Positions 26,072 through 38,584 of a stretch of DNA of 64,000 nucleotides are shown here, one piece after another (position 1 is the stretch's first letter; every line of letters begins with the position of its first letter). The notes under the pieces were generated by a model. That model was not told the origin of the DNA, ran no database searches, and saw only the letters and a list, made by a program, of their open reading frames with translations. Position numbers and translations under genes: made by a program. The DNA comes from Eledone cirrhosa. Its lineage: Eukaryota. The stretch is taken from assembly GCA_964016885.1 (NCBI GenBank), contig OZ024743.1, forward strand, positions 318,060,001 through 318,124,000. Reading direction: 5' to 3'.

Positions 26072-26213
26072 GTTGTGTTTATAGAATTGTCTTTTTCTTT
26101 ACACTACATAAGGTTAATGTATCAAAATTATTTAGCAAAGATAATAAACACAATATTTTCAACATGAATTACAAAAATAATGTAATGTGGTGTGAGTATT
26201 AATGAATGTTAGA

Positions 26214-26515
26214 TCATCATCATCATCATTTTACGTCTGCTTTTCCCTGCTTGGAAGGGTGGGACGGGAACTGATTCTGGCTTGATTTCTACAGCTGGAT
26301 GCCCTTCTTAACACCAACCTCACTTACAGTGAGTGCTGGGTGCTTTTTTTCTGTGGCACCTACACGTCCACTTTACAGTGTGGGCTGTGTGCTTTTCTAC
26401 CGTGGCACCTCCACGACCACTTTGCAGTGGAATGATAGGGACCCCAGTCCCTATCATCTCATTTCTACAGCTGAGTAAACTGGAGCAATGTGAAATAAAG
26501 TGTCTTGCTCAAGGA
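26214..26515 (-). mobile_element. SINE family 2, 5'-truncated, RTE-derived tail
   Basis: Reverse complement of 43690-43955 with an extra internal repeat unit. Confidence 0.8.
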
Positions 26516-27799
26516 AAAATAAATAAATAACTTGTGAAATTATAATTAATGACATGTAAATATTAGTGTCATCATCATCATAATCATTGTTTTAATGTCC
26601 GTTTTTTCCCTACTAGCAAGAGTTGGACAGGTCTATGTAGACCATGTCAGTACTGAATCAGGGCTACTGACCTCCCAGACAAACCAAAGGTCTGTATCTT
26701 GCTTATGTCGGTCACACATTCTATCTAATGCAGAGGAGAGGTTGTCATGACTTTTGACACAACTGAAGGGTCCTCCCAACCCTTTGTTTGGCAAGCTTTC
26801 AAGGGTTGGATGCCCTTTCTACCACCAACCATTTTACAACATCTATATCATCCAATTAACCACAAGGAAACCTGTATTTGATGGGTATATATACCCATTA
26901 GCTCTTGTATTACACACTAATTTGCATATATATATACACACAGACACATTGGTGTAGTCTTGGCTACACACTCTGTATTTATGCAGATATAACTTTATCA
27001 AAGTACAGTATATCTTATTCGTAGACAGTCATAATGAAATTTTTTATCTAGTTAGAAAATAGTTTATCTGTTGTATTTAACAAGGTCATGGCATTTTTAC
27101 TGTGATTTATTTGTAAACCATTTTTGTCAGCCTGTGGTATTTGAGATGTTTGAAGAAGCTGGGTTGCTGGTATCAAGGTTCTTGTCATTGTTGGTAACTT
27201 GCCTTACTAAAGTATCAGGTACTCCTGGTTAGGGTGCTTGATTATTCTAATACCTTAGTCTCAATATTACCTTGCCTTACTGATGTATTAGCTGCTCCTT
27301 TCTACTGTTTTTCTATGCTTCCATGGGTTAGACAGGTTGGCACGCATTCAGGCTTGACAGGCAGGTCAGACAACTGTTTCGTTCATACATTCCATTTTGG
27401 CATAGTTTCTACTGTTGGATGCCCTTCCTAATGCCAACCACTTCATGGTGTGTATTGGGTTTGTTTATATTTATATATAGTTATGTTAAGGGTTTACATA
27501 AAAAGGATGAAGGAAAAAGAGTGCTCTATGATATTAACAGAGCAGAAATATTATTAATGTCTGTTCAACACAGAGGATTGCTACCATTGGTTTCCAATCC
27601 CGCATGTGGCTTAGATTGTGCGATTGCACTTACACATGTGTGATTTTCCTTCTGGCAACTATATATATAGACACACATATATATATTTACACCCACAACC
27701 CATGCTAGTGTGGAAAATGGATGTTAATCGATGTTGATGATGATGAGATATACATATATATATATTTATAATAATTAACTCATATTTATCTTTCCACAG

Positions 27800-27950
27800 A
27801 CTCCTAGTCTTCATTATCTGGATGCACGAGGATGTGTATTGAATGATTGTATTATAACTATATTTGGTCGATCTCTTAAACTTGGCTCAAATCTAACTGT
27901 TCTACATCTTGAAAATACTTCCATGACCAGAAATTGTTTAATGATTCTTG
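27800..27950 (+). CDS. PPP1R37: PPP1R37-like exon 5
   Basis: ccacag|ACTCCT...TTCTTG|gtaagt; TPSLHYLDARGCVLNDCIITIFGRSLKLGSNLTVLHLENTSMTRNCLMIL. Confidence 0.9.
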
Positions 27951-29046
27951 GTAAGTGGAATTTTTTAAATATTTGTAAATATGTTTCACCATTTTGTCTG
28001 TGGAGCACATCTCAGATCTACCACTGTCCAGGCAAGAGGGTAGAATGTAGCTCCTCATCCATTTTTATCCCCCTAATTCTGTTTTTTTTTTCTCTTTCTC
28101 ACAAATAAATAACAATAAATACCATATTTGCCAGCCTATTGGACTACTTTAAAAAAAACATAATAAAACATATAAAAATCTTCCTTGTGTCCAATATGCC
28201 TGTATCACCGATGGAAGACCGAACAGAGGGCGAAGATAATCATAATTTAAAAAATTTAGTTTAATAATAATAATAATGAAATTATTGTGTACAGTGCTCA
28301 GGTGCACTACAACTGATCAAAGGTGAATGTATAGTACATAGAATACTGTTCAAATGTTATGAAAATGAACAGTGTATGAATAATTAAATACATGTGTGCA
28401 TGTGTATGGAGGGGGGTATTAGGTGTAGTGTTGGCGAATCTCAGGAAGCATGGAGGTTTTAAAGGTTGCAGTGTCTCGGCAGCTAACAAATGAAGCAGGT
28501 AGTTTGTTCCATGCTTCAGCAACTCTGAGCAGTTACTAATACAGTCATACAATATAATTTATGTTGAACTTATACGAGAGTTTCTGAAAAAACAAGTCTT
28601 TTTTAATAAATTTATAAAGAAATGCACTAAAATTCTTTTTTTTTTCAAAATGTCCTTGTAAAACCAGGGGGCGTCTTATACGAAGGGGTGTCCAGTAGGC
28701 CAGCAAATATGGTATATTTCATTTTATTGCAACTGTACATTTTCTGTATTTGATTTTTTTGTTTTTTTACTGTTTAATCAGGGCCTCCAAGTTTTATTTT
28801 TATTGTTTTCAAGAACGTTATCTAATTTTGTTACTTTCATCATCATCATCATCACATACATGACCACCACCATCATCAGCAGCATCATCTATACATTTCT
28901 CAAAGTAAATTTGAAGCTGAAACTTTTATTATTATTTTGAAAATATTTTATGATATTTTAGATTATCTAAAATATTTTGAAATATAAACTGTTTTAATGT
29001 TTCAATACTTAGTTCTATATTTCAACCAATATTTCTTTTGTTTTAG

Positions 29047-29192
29047 TTGAAGCATTAAAACTGAATATAGTCCTACAGTCACTATTTCTTGGAGACAATA
29101 AATTGGGTCCCCACAATGGGAATGATATTGGAAAGCTTCTTAAATTCAATTATAAATTACAACTCCTTGATCTCAGAAACAATCAACTTCAG
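29047..29192 (+). CDS. PPP1R37: PPP1R37-like exon 6
   Basis: ttttag|TTGAAG...CTTCAG|gtaaat; VEALKLNIVLQSLFLGDNKLGPHNGNDIGKLLKFNYKLQLLDLRNNQLQ. Confidence 0.9.
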
Positions 29193-29254
29193 GTAAATAT
29201 CTGATTACAGTTTAACTCTTTTATTACCATAGTTCTATAAAATGTACAGAACAC

Positions 29255-29780
29255 ATACTGTAAGATGGTAATACTGGTGCCAGGATAAAATACACTCAGT
29301 ACACTCTATAAAGTGGTAGTAGTGTCAGGATAAAATACACTCAGTACACTCTGTAAAATGGCAGTGCTGGTTCCATAATAAAATGTAACCAGTACACACT
29401 ACAAAGGGGTTGTATGGGTACTATGATAAAATGCACCCAGTGCACTCTAATGTAGTGCTAATGCCACAATGAAATGCACCCAGTATTTTCTGTGAAGTGG
29501 CAGTGTTGGTGCCATGATAAAACATATCCAGTACACTCTGTAAAGTGGCAATATTGGTTCCATAATAAAATGTACCCAGTGTACTCTGAAAAATAGTTGT
29601 ATTAGTGCCATGATAAAATGTACTCAGTACACTCTTAAGTGGTTGGTGGTATGAAGGGCATCCAGTATTAGACACCATGCAAAAATGGAACATATGAACC
29701 TGGCATGAACCTCAGGTTTGACAGGTCTCTGACTGACAATCTGTCCAACCCATGCTAGCATGGAAAACGGACATAAAATG
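29255..29780 (+). repeat. Degenerate ~47-bp tandem repeat running into an RTE-type tail
   Basis: About 8 units of ATAAAATGCACCCAGTACACTCTGTAAAGTGGCAGTGTTGGTGCC, then GAAGGGCATCCAG..CCCATGCTAGCATGGAAAACGGAC. Confidence 0.75.
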
Positions 29781-30954
29781 ATATTATATCAATATTATAT
29801 GATCAATATTATATGAGATAAAACCTTTACTGTGAAAATATAATAGTAAATATAGAGTAATGTAAATGTTAAAGGGTTAAGCTGGGAAAACAAATATCAA
29901 ATGATGGAGATGGTAATGAGAAAGGACATAAACAATTTGTGATGTTTTTATTTTTCCCAGGGGTAATTTAATTAAATGAAATGACTTAAAAAGAAGCTAA
30001 ATATTGAATTGCTGTGGAGAAAAAAAAAAGTAAAATATATTAAATGAATAGATATCTTAGCTGTCAGAAAATTGTTATAATCTGGGATTAACAGTATTTG
30101 TAAAATAACAACATCAGAGTAGCTTTGTGTCACTGCTTAACTCCACAGTTTTCTACAAACAAATAGTAGTAGCAGCTTAAGCTGAAAAATTCTGTAAAAC
30201 AATTTTTACTATATTGCTTCTTGTTATTTCAGTGATAAATTCTTTTTTTTTTACCTTATATGGCCTTGTATATTTTCAATGTTTTTTACAGTTCTTATTA
30301 AAATTTTGACTCTTATTATTAAAACACCCAAAAATGTCTCTGGTTTTACAATATAAAGCTTTTTAATGTGTATCATTATCATCATGACCATCACCGTTTA
30401 ACGTCCATTTTCCATGATAGTATGGGTTAGATGAGTTGTCCTGTTATGAGACAAGTCAGATCAGGTGACCTTGTCTTGCTCATATAGAACAGTTTCTGGC
30501 TTGGTTTCTATGGCTGGATGCCCTTCCTTATGCAAACAACACAACCACATTTACAGTGTGGACTGTATATTCATCTAAAACCTTTCCATCATAATTTTAT
30601 GTAAGAACCTTTATTAAGTTATGTATCTTAATAAGTTAGTTATGTTACTAAATTCTTGATTATTTTTTTTATGATTTGAAAATTATAAGCAGTGTTGATT
30701 GTTAGAAATATGGTAACAAAAAGGTTAAGGATTATCATATATACTCAAATATAATCCAACCCCCTATTTCATGTCTGAGAAATAGGCAAAAATCAACACT
30801 TTATGTTTAGATGGTGCGGTTTTAAAATTTTCGTGAAGTTTTAATATTTTGGCATTTAAAATGTTTTAAGTGTCATTAGGTAAGGATTCTTTTACCAGTT
30901 TCCAACTGTTTTGAAGGCCATATTTATTCATTAGGAAATATGAATTTCATGTCA

Positions 30955-32500
30955 AAAGTGAAACCTGTGAAATATTCACCTCCAAAGTGAAACTGGTGTA
31001 ATATTCACCTCCAAAGTGAAACTGGTGTAATATTCACCTCCAAAGTGAAACCGGTGTAATATTCACTTCCAAAGTGAAACCGGTGTAATATTCACCTCCA
31101 AAGTGAAACCGGTGTAACGTTCACCTCCAAAGTGAAACTGGTGTAACGTTCACCTCCAAAGTGAAACTGGTGTAATATTCACCTCCAAAGTGAAACCGGT
31201 GTAATATTCACCTCCAAAGTGAAACCAGTGTAATATTCACCTCCAAAGTGAAACTGATGTAACGTTCACCTCCAAAGTGAAACTGGTGTAATGTTGACCT
31301 CCAAAGTGAAACTGGTGTAACGTTCACTTCCAAAGTGAAACTGGTGTAATATTCACCTCCAAAGTGAAACCGGTGTAATGTTCACCTCCAAAGTGAAACT
31401 GGTGTAATATTCACCTGTAAAGTGAAACTGGTGTAACGTTCACCTCCAAAGTGAAACTGGTGTAATATTCACCTCCAAAGTGAAACTGGTGTAATATTCA
31501 CCTCCAAAGTGAAACCGGTGTAATGTTCACCTCCAAAGTGAAACTGGTGTAATATTCACCTGTAAAGTGAAACTGGTGTAACGTTCACCTCCAAAGTGAA
31601 ACAGGTGTAATATTCACCTCCAAAGTGAAACTGGTGTAATATTCACCTCCAAAGTGAAACTGGTGAAATATTCACCTCCAAAGTGAAACTGGTGTAATAT
31701 TCACCTCCAAAGTGAAACTGGTGTAATATTCACCTCCAAAGTGAAACTAGTGTAATATTCACCTCCAAAGTGAAACTGGTGTAATATTCACCTGTAAAGT
31801 GAAACTGGTGTAACGTTCACCTCCAAAGTGAAACTGGTGTAATATTCACCTCCAAAGTGAAACTGGTGTAATATTCACCTCCAAAGTGAAACTGGTGTAA
31901 TATTCACCTCCAAAGTGAAACTGATGTAATATTCACTTCCAAAGTGAAACCGGTGTAATATTCACCTCCAAAGTGAAACCGGTGTAACGTTCACCTCCAA
32001 AGTGAAACCGGTGTAACGTTCACCTCCAAAGTGAAACCGGTGTAATATTCACCTCCAAAGTGAAACCGGTGTAATATTCACCTCCAAAGTGAAACTGGTG
32101 TAATATTCACCTCCAAAGTGAAACCAGTGTAATATTCAGTTCCAAAGTGAAACTGATGTAACGTTCACTTCCAAAGTGAAACTGGTGTAATGTTGACCTC
32201 CAAAGTGAAACTGGTGTAACGTTCACTTCCAAAGTGAAACTGGTGTAACGTTCACTTCCAAAGTGAAACTGGTGTAATATTCACCTCCAAAGTGAAACCG
32301 GTGTAATGTTCACCTCCAAAGTGAAACTGGTGTAATATTCACCTCCAAAGTGAAACTGGTGTAATATTCACCTGTAAAGTGAAACTGGTGTAATATTCAC
32401 CTCCAAAGTGAAACTGGTGTAATATTCACCTCCAAAGTGAAACTAGTGTAATATTCACCTCCAAAGTGAAACTGGTGTAATATTCACCTCCAAAGTGAAA
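30955..32500 (+). repeat. 29-bp minisatellite, ~53 copies
   Basis: Unit CCAAAGTGAAACTGGTGTAATATTCACCT, head-to-tail with no spacers. Confidence 0.97.
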
Positions 32501-32604
32501 TATTTTAGCACCTTATTTATATAGAATTTTAAAGTTGGTGAAAATGGCAAAATGTTAACCTCAAATATAAGCAAATACTCCATTTTACCTTTGATTTTTT
32601 TTTG

Positions 32605-32846
32605 TTACATATTTCTTTGTTTATATCCCAGTATATACGGTATATATTGTCACATATTTCTTGGTTTATATCCCAGTATATATGGTATATATTGTCACAT
32701 ATTTCTCAACCTATATACAAGTATATACGGTATATATTTCACATATTTCTCAGCTTCTAGATGAGTATATACGGTATATATTGTCACATAATTCTCAGCT
32801 TATATACAAGTATATACGGTATATATTGTCACATAATTCTCAGTTT
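32605..32846 (+). repeat. ~45-bp tandem repeat, 5-6 copies
   Basis: Unit CACATATTTCTCAGCTTATATACAAGTATATACGGTATATATTGT. Confidence 0.85.
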
Positions 32847-32912
32847 ATATAGAAGTATATCCAGTAAATCTCTAATTATATTATTGCTTTATTTTATATT
32901 CTTTTAAAATAG

Positions 32913-32993
32913 GATATTTTTTTAAGTAAGATATAGTAAGGGCTCTGTCAAAAAATCAACTCCAGTGAAATAAATGTTATTGTTGTTATTAAC
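32913..32993 (+). pseudogene. Degenerate tandem duplicate of the exon 7 5' part
   Basis: atag|GATATTTTTTTAAGTAAGATATAG versus atag|GATATTGGTTTAAGTAAGATATGC; in-frame TAG at codon 8. Confidence 0.75.
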
Positions 32994-33039
32994 ATTTTAA
33001 TGATTAAATCTTTAATTGTATTTTTTAATTTTTTAATAG

Positions 33040-33165
33040 GATATTGGTTTAAGTAAGATATGCCAAGGACTTTGTGAAAAATCTAGCAGAAGTGGAATAA
33101 ATACATTAGTATTGTGGAACAATCAAATAACTCATCTAGGAATGAGACATCTTTCTGAAGCACTG
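33040..33165 (+). CDS. PPP1R37: PPP1R37-like exon 7
   Basis: taatag|GATATT...GCACTG|gtaagt; DIGLSKICQGLCEKSSRSGINTLVLWNNQITHLGMRHLSEAL. Confidence 0.9.
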
Positions 33166-34379
33166 GTAAGTTGTTTTTAATATCTGGAGGCAGAGGAGAA
33201 AATAAATCAACAAGATCCCAGACTTCACTTACCAAGTGGGGTGGGACTCATCAAATCAGACCAAGGAAACTATGTTTCCATTGCTGATGCTACTTGTCGG
33301 TTGCAACTCCTGGCAGAAAGAGCAACGTTAAATAAAGTGTCTTGCTCAAGGATATAGTGCATCACCTGGTCTACGAATCGAAATTGCAACTTTATGATTG
33401 CAAATCCAATTCTCTAACCACTAAGTGATGCACCTTCATTTTATATATACTTACAAAAGATATTTACTTATGTGGGCTACTATGAAGAAAAAGGAAGAAC
33501 GTAGAAGGCCAGGGAGAGATCCATGCTAGGAATAGTGAAGGAGCATATCTGAATCAAGATAATTTGAGAACAGAGTGGAGTAAAGGTTCTGATTGCAAAA
33601 ACAAATGGACTCATGCAGTTGTCGATTGATATCCAAGAGATCAAAATAGACGACATGGAAGAGTTCTAAGATAATACATTCCAATGATTCAGATAAAAAA
33701 TGGAGGAGACAGGTGTAATCAAAGGCGAAATGGAAACACATTTTGACCAGGACATTTGTTAGTCTGGTCAATCTAGATATCCAGAGATACTTACAATACA
33801 ATGCAACTGATGCATATTTTGCTTCCATAGTCATCTCATTTAAATACCGATCACACTTATGACTGTAATTTTTTGGTGCAGTTTTTTATGTTATGCACTT
33901 TTTAAATTTCTTTTATATATCTTTTATGTTATATATCTTTGTCTGTTCTTTATCAAGCAAACATTTCGAAATATTTTGTTTATGTTTGAAAGACTCTTAT
34001 ATAAATAAAACCAATTTACAGTTACTAAGATGGTGTTTCTATTAGACCTTTATGAAAGTCTTTATTCAGATAATTCATTTCATTTAAAATAAAACTGATA
34101 TTTGATAACTTTTCATACTCTCGTAGAGTCTATTTTATCGACCAATTCACTTTACGACCATGTTGGTGGAACAAAATCTGGTCATTAAATGATGAATGGC
34201 TTTATTCTAAACTTCATATCTTTAATCTAATCATTTCCATATCTGATTTGTATTTTCCTGTTGAAAATTCTTTCTCAATATTATTTGTATTATTGGTAAA
34301 ATCTCTGTATTATTGGTAAAAATTAAATGTATTCATTTGGAGACAGATGGCAGGGTAGGGGGAGTATATTGAAATCGTA

Positions 34380-35485
34380 GGTAGTGAGTTGACAGAGTTA
34401 TTAAAACATTGGATAGAATGCTTTGAACTATTCATTTTAGCTCTCTGCTCTCCAGCCAGGTTCAAAACTTGCCGAGGTCAACTTTGCCTTTCATCAATTC
34501 AAAACGATAAAAAAAATACCAGTCTAGTACTGAAATCGATTCTTCCTCTGTATTTCTTTCTCACTTCCATTCTCTCATACTCTAGCCTTCTTAAGAAGAA
34601 ATCTGCTATATTCAGACCTGGAGAGGAGATGTGCACCACCAAGTTTTAAAATGCCCTAGAAATGCTGTATGTCAATATGGCATGCCTACAACTCTCTCGA
34701 GTTACGGGTTCATACATATTGAGTTAGTATGAGCAAAAATAATGAATATATTTTGATATAATTGTGTGTTTCCAATTTAAAATAGGCAGATTGTATCCCT
34801 GCATGTTGAAAGAGACAACTAAAAAGGTTGGAGCCAGAAAGGGCATCTGGCTGTAAAACATTGCTTCAAAAAGGACCTCATGATGAGTATAAAGTTTATC
34901 ATGGGATCTACAATACTAACCCCTGCTTTAACAGGGAAGAATGGTTTTTAAAATACTTGTTGTTGCTTTTTCCTGTTGGATATCCTTTTTCTTCTGTATT
35001 TTTGGTAGAAATAAAAAAAAAAGAATATTTTAATTTGGAGACAGATTAAGCTAGGGGTATATTAAGATACAAAAAAAAAAAGAAATATTTTCTGACATAA
35101 ATGTTTATTTCATAGGTCTCTAAAAAATCTAATTTCATGTTGGATTTTGTATAGTTCCGTAACTCTTGAGGGAGTCTTAGGGGCACCATATTGGCATATG
35201 GTGTTTCTAGGGCATTTTTAAGCTTGCCACAGCCCATCTCCTCTCTAGGTCTGAATACAGCAGATTTTTGCCTGATAAGGATAGACAGTGAGAATGAGAT
35301 AAAAAAAATATATCCCCCCCCCCCCCCCTGCCAGTACTAAACTGGTACTTTTTTTTATCGACTCTGAATGGGTGAAAGACAAAATTGAACTCAGTGGGAT
35401 TTGTCCTGAGAGAGCAGAGAGTCGGAATAAATACTGAAAAGCATTCTATTCAACATTCTAATGACTCTGCCAATTCGTCACCTAT
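34380..35485. repeat. Inverted pair of extended SINE-family-1 elements
   Basis: 34380-34710 (+) versus 35155-35485 (-): shared SINE head plus TTCAGACCTGGAGAGGAGATG..AAAATGCCCTAGAAA block; related pieces at 58470-58680 and 63930-64000. Confidence 0.7.
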
Positions 35486-36074
35486 AATGTAGGGATATAG
35501 GAAAGTTAAAAAATAGTCACCATATGTTTCTTTACATTACATGAACTAAATTCGATGTCTTTATGTTACATTGACCCAAATTCCCAAACTAATTTCAATG
35601 AGATATACTAAGACTAACATGTAATACAATATCTGTGATAGGTTATGAGTTCACGTCTCACAAACCTAGATCATGATTATATTTTCTTAACTAGGCTGTT
35701 GATCATTTTTCAACTATTTCTAAACTTAATTTATTTTATTATAATTATTAAGGTAACTTATTGTTTAACACTTTTACTACTGTATTTCTAACAAACTATG
35801 CTACATTTTAATTGATTAATGAAGGATTTAGAAGAATTTACTAAAATTATTATTAACTGTTTAACTGTTTCATTATTAAGATGACCTGCCAACTTTGTCT
35901 TTTGTCCTTACGAGATCAATAAAATAAAGTACCAGTAAGGTGTTGGAGTCAATTTAAATAACATTCCTCTTCTCCAAAATTGTTGGCCTTGTGCCTAAAT
36001 CAGAAACCATTATTAAGATGACATTTCTAACATAAAAAATGGTTCTTATATAAAATCATGTTATAAAAAGATGG

Positions 36075-37093
36075 CTTTGCTAACAACCCCCAGATCTGAT
36101 TTAGAGGGGGTGATTAGTCTGACAGGTAGTTCAGTACGAAAATTGTTTTTGTGATCCTTGAGATTTATCCTCGGAGTTCTTGGGAGGAATGGTTCGGTCT
36201 TTTTTCCGATGCCAAGTTTTGACATAATCTCAGAAGCTTCAAAGTTTATGGATTCTAAATTATCATGGTTGGTTTTGCGATATTTTTTCCTAAGTTCCTT
36301 TAGGATAAGGTTGTTATAGTTATCCTTAGAAATACCATATAAATTATTTGTTTTGTCAGAGTGGACTAAAACATTTTTTGAGGAATTTAGGTTTGAAATT
36401 GTGTTCTTGAGATTTACAAGGTGCTCTTGTCCTCTGTAAGGGTTTCTCTTGAATTTAAGATTTTTTATAATGTTAGTTGAACTCCTCTTCGAATTGCACT
36501 AGATTTTTGTTGGAAGGAGGATTTCTTCTAGAATTAAATAAATGATCGAGGAAGTTATGTTCCTTGGTATAGAAGTTCCCTTTTAGGCGCTGGTCATAGA
36601 AATAAGCTACCCATCTAAGCCTTCTTACAAAGGAGTCAGTTTTTTCAATTAGAAGTTTGGTGAATTCAGATTTACCAGGTATAGGAATGTCTTTAGTTGA
36701 AGTGGTTATGTTGTAATAATCCATGTTGTAGAAGAAAAAGTAAAGGACCATCAAAAGGTATCCAATATGAGAGTTAGCGCTCAACCGTTAAAGAGCAAGT
36801 TTATGTAGGAGGTGAGTTTTATTGTAGTACAATAAAGCAATGCAGATATCGGATAAGTAGCACTCTACAGTTTGTAGGACTGGAGTATAAATAATATATA
36901 AGATCAAAAGATGGTTAAAAGAGTTCCATGTATTTTATTATGCGCATTTCAAAAACAAATATCATCATGCAATAACATTTGCGTTTTCGTCAGATAAAAT
37001 AGGGAGACATGATATGAAGGTTAAAAAACACTTGTGAATAGTGCGGTTTTAAATCAACATATGAAAAGTAGTTTTAGATTGATGTGTGATATT
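36075..37093 (-). mobile_element. Second Penelope-like element: upstream pLTR plus N-terminal ORF fragment
   Basis: ORF 36473..36784 TSTKDIPIPGKSEFTKLLIEKTDSFVRRLRW is homologous to ISTKNIPVPSRKTYLKLLIQKTDAFIKRLRW of ORF 1995; continues past a frameshift (VHSDKTNNLY, TLKDHK, RLITPSKSDLG). Confidence 0.85.
36931..37001 (-). ncRNA. Type I hammerhead ribozyme with palindromic stem III
   Basis: TATTTTAT-CTGACGA-long stem II-GAAA-TGCGCA-TA-ATAAAATA; complete core and perfect 8-bp stem I. Confidence 0.85.
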
Positions 37094-37728
37094 TTTTTGA
37101 TGTTAGATTATTCATCCTCAATTCATTATTTTTTTCTCCCTTTCATGCTCATCTAACTTATACATATTATACTTATTCATCCACTCTTCTACTTCTTTTC
37201 ACAATATATCCTTAATTACATTACTATTGTTATATTTTTATATTTTTTAATAATACATATCAACAATTCCTTTCCATCGCACATATTATTAAACCCTTAA
37301 ATATTATTCTTAATACATATTAACAATTTCTTTTTATCACACATATTTTTAAACCCTTCAATATACAAACCTTAATTTAACATTATTCTAAAATTTTTCT
37401 CTTCGTTAATTTTCAAATTCTTTTAATTTATATATTATCTTCCAACGGTTTTTTTTAACCTCTCTATGTAAAACAATATATTTTTCTCAGTTATAAAAGC
37501 TATCTCTCTCTCTCTATCACCCATCTCTCCTCCTATCTCATCCTTCCTCATTATACTCCTCCCCCTCCACTTTTTACTCTCATCTCCTCCTCTTTTTCAT
37601 CCTCCCCCCCCCCCCCCCCCTCGATTTTTTTCCCCCAATATCACACATCAATCTAAAACTACTTTTCATATGTTGATTTAAAACCGCACTATTCACAAGT
37701 GTTTTTTAACCTTCATATCATGTCTCCC

Positions 37729-37799
37729 TATTTTATCTGACGAAAACGCAAATGTTATTGCATGATGATATTTGTTTTTGAAATGCGCATAATATAATA
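37729..37799 (+). ncRNA. Type I hammerhead ribozyme (inverted copy, sense to host pre-mRNA)
   Basis: Same motif as 36931-37001 with one stem I mismatch (ATATAATA). Confidence 0.8.
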
Positions 37800-38198
37800 C
37801 ATGGAACTCTTTTAACCATCTTTTGATCTTATATATTATATATATATATATATATATATGTGCATATATATTATGTATATATATATATGTGCATATATAT
37901 ATATATATATGTGTGTATGTATATATATATATATATCAAAGGTATATATTGAGTTAGGAACTCAAAATAGTCTCTTACAACAAAATAGCTCTAAGAAAGA
38001 GATATTTCCGAACCGTATATTATAATTGAATATAAAAGAAAAAACGAACACAGATATATACATATATGTGTTCAAATCGTAAGGGACCAGATTCGCTAAG
38101 GTGAAAAAAATACTAACTATAGATAATTGGGTTCGCTTGTCTCAATTTAAGAAAAAATCAAGAAAATAAATACAAACCAGAATGGTGGTAACTACCAA

Positions 38199-38274
38199 TC
38201 ACCCAGACAACTTAGTATTGTTTCGCAATGTTAATTGTGAATAGAATTACCAATTTATGCTCATCAGTGGGTGA
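38199..38274 (-). ncRNA. Type I hammerhead ribozyme, second family
   Basis: TCACCCA-CTGATGA-GCA..TGC-GAAA-CAA tactaag TTG-TC-TGGGTGA; 7-bp stem I, GUC cleavage triplet. Confidence 0.88.
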
Positions 38275-38337
38275 CAAATTAGTATTCTAGACACTTTTAA
38301 GTATGTTAAGAAACTGAATAGTGTGCTATATATAATA

Positions 38338-38515
38338 ATTGTTTCTACTTTTGGCACAAGGCCAGCAATTACCCAGTGTATTACTAGTACTTTATTTTAT
38401 CGACCCCATAAGGATGAAAGGCAAAGTTAACCTCGGCGGGATTTGAACTCAGAATGGCAAGGGCCGTAACTCTATGCGTCAAAGCATGGCGTCTGACCCT
38501 CTACCGATACTGCCA
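38338..38515 (-). mobile_element. tRNA-derived SINE (family 1), young
   Basis: Close reverse-complement match to 25737-25915. Confidence 0.85.
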
Positions 38516-38584
38516 ATAACAGCGCACATGGTGTCCTAGCATGTCTCACAAACCCACACAACTAAAAATAGCAGCCAGGTTTAT

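Larger units (their letters stand above)
30735..32846. mobile_element. Non-autonomous DNA transposon carrying a satellite and reiterated right end
   Basis: Left end resembles 24005-24200; 32505-32620 resembles 24690-24790. Confidence 0.6.
36891..37839. repeat. 203-bp near-perfect inverted repeat (arms 36891-37093 and 37637-37839)
   Basis: Arms are reverse complements with one mismatch seen; ~540-bp pyrimidine-rich spacer. Confidence 0.92.

Noticed and set aside
28262-28530. Short repeat with (AAT)n end, partly repeated at 48080-48121, possibly a CR1/L2-type 3' end
   Set aside because: Too little coding signal to classify from sequence alone.
30955-32500. CRISPR-like array (29-bp repeat with GTGAAAC and a dyad)
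   Set aside because: Units are contiguous with no unique spacers, there are no cas genes, and the context is a eukaryotic intron.
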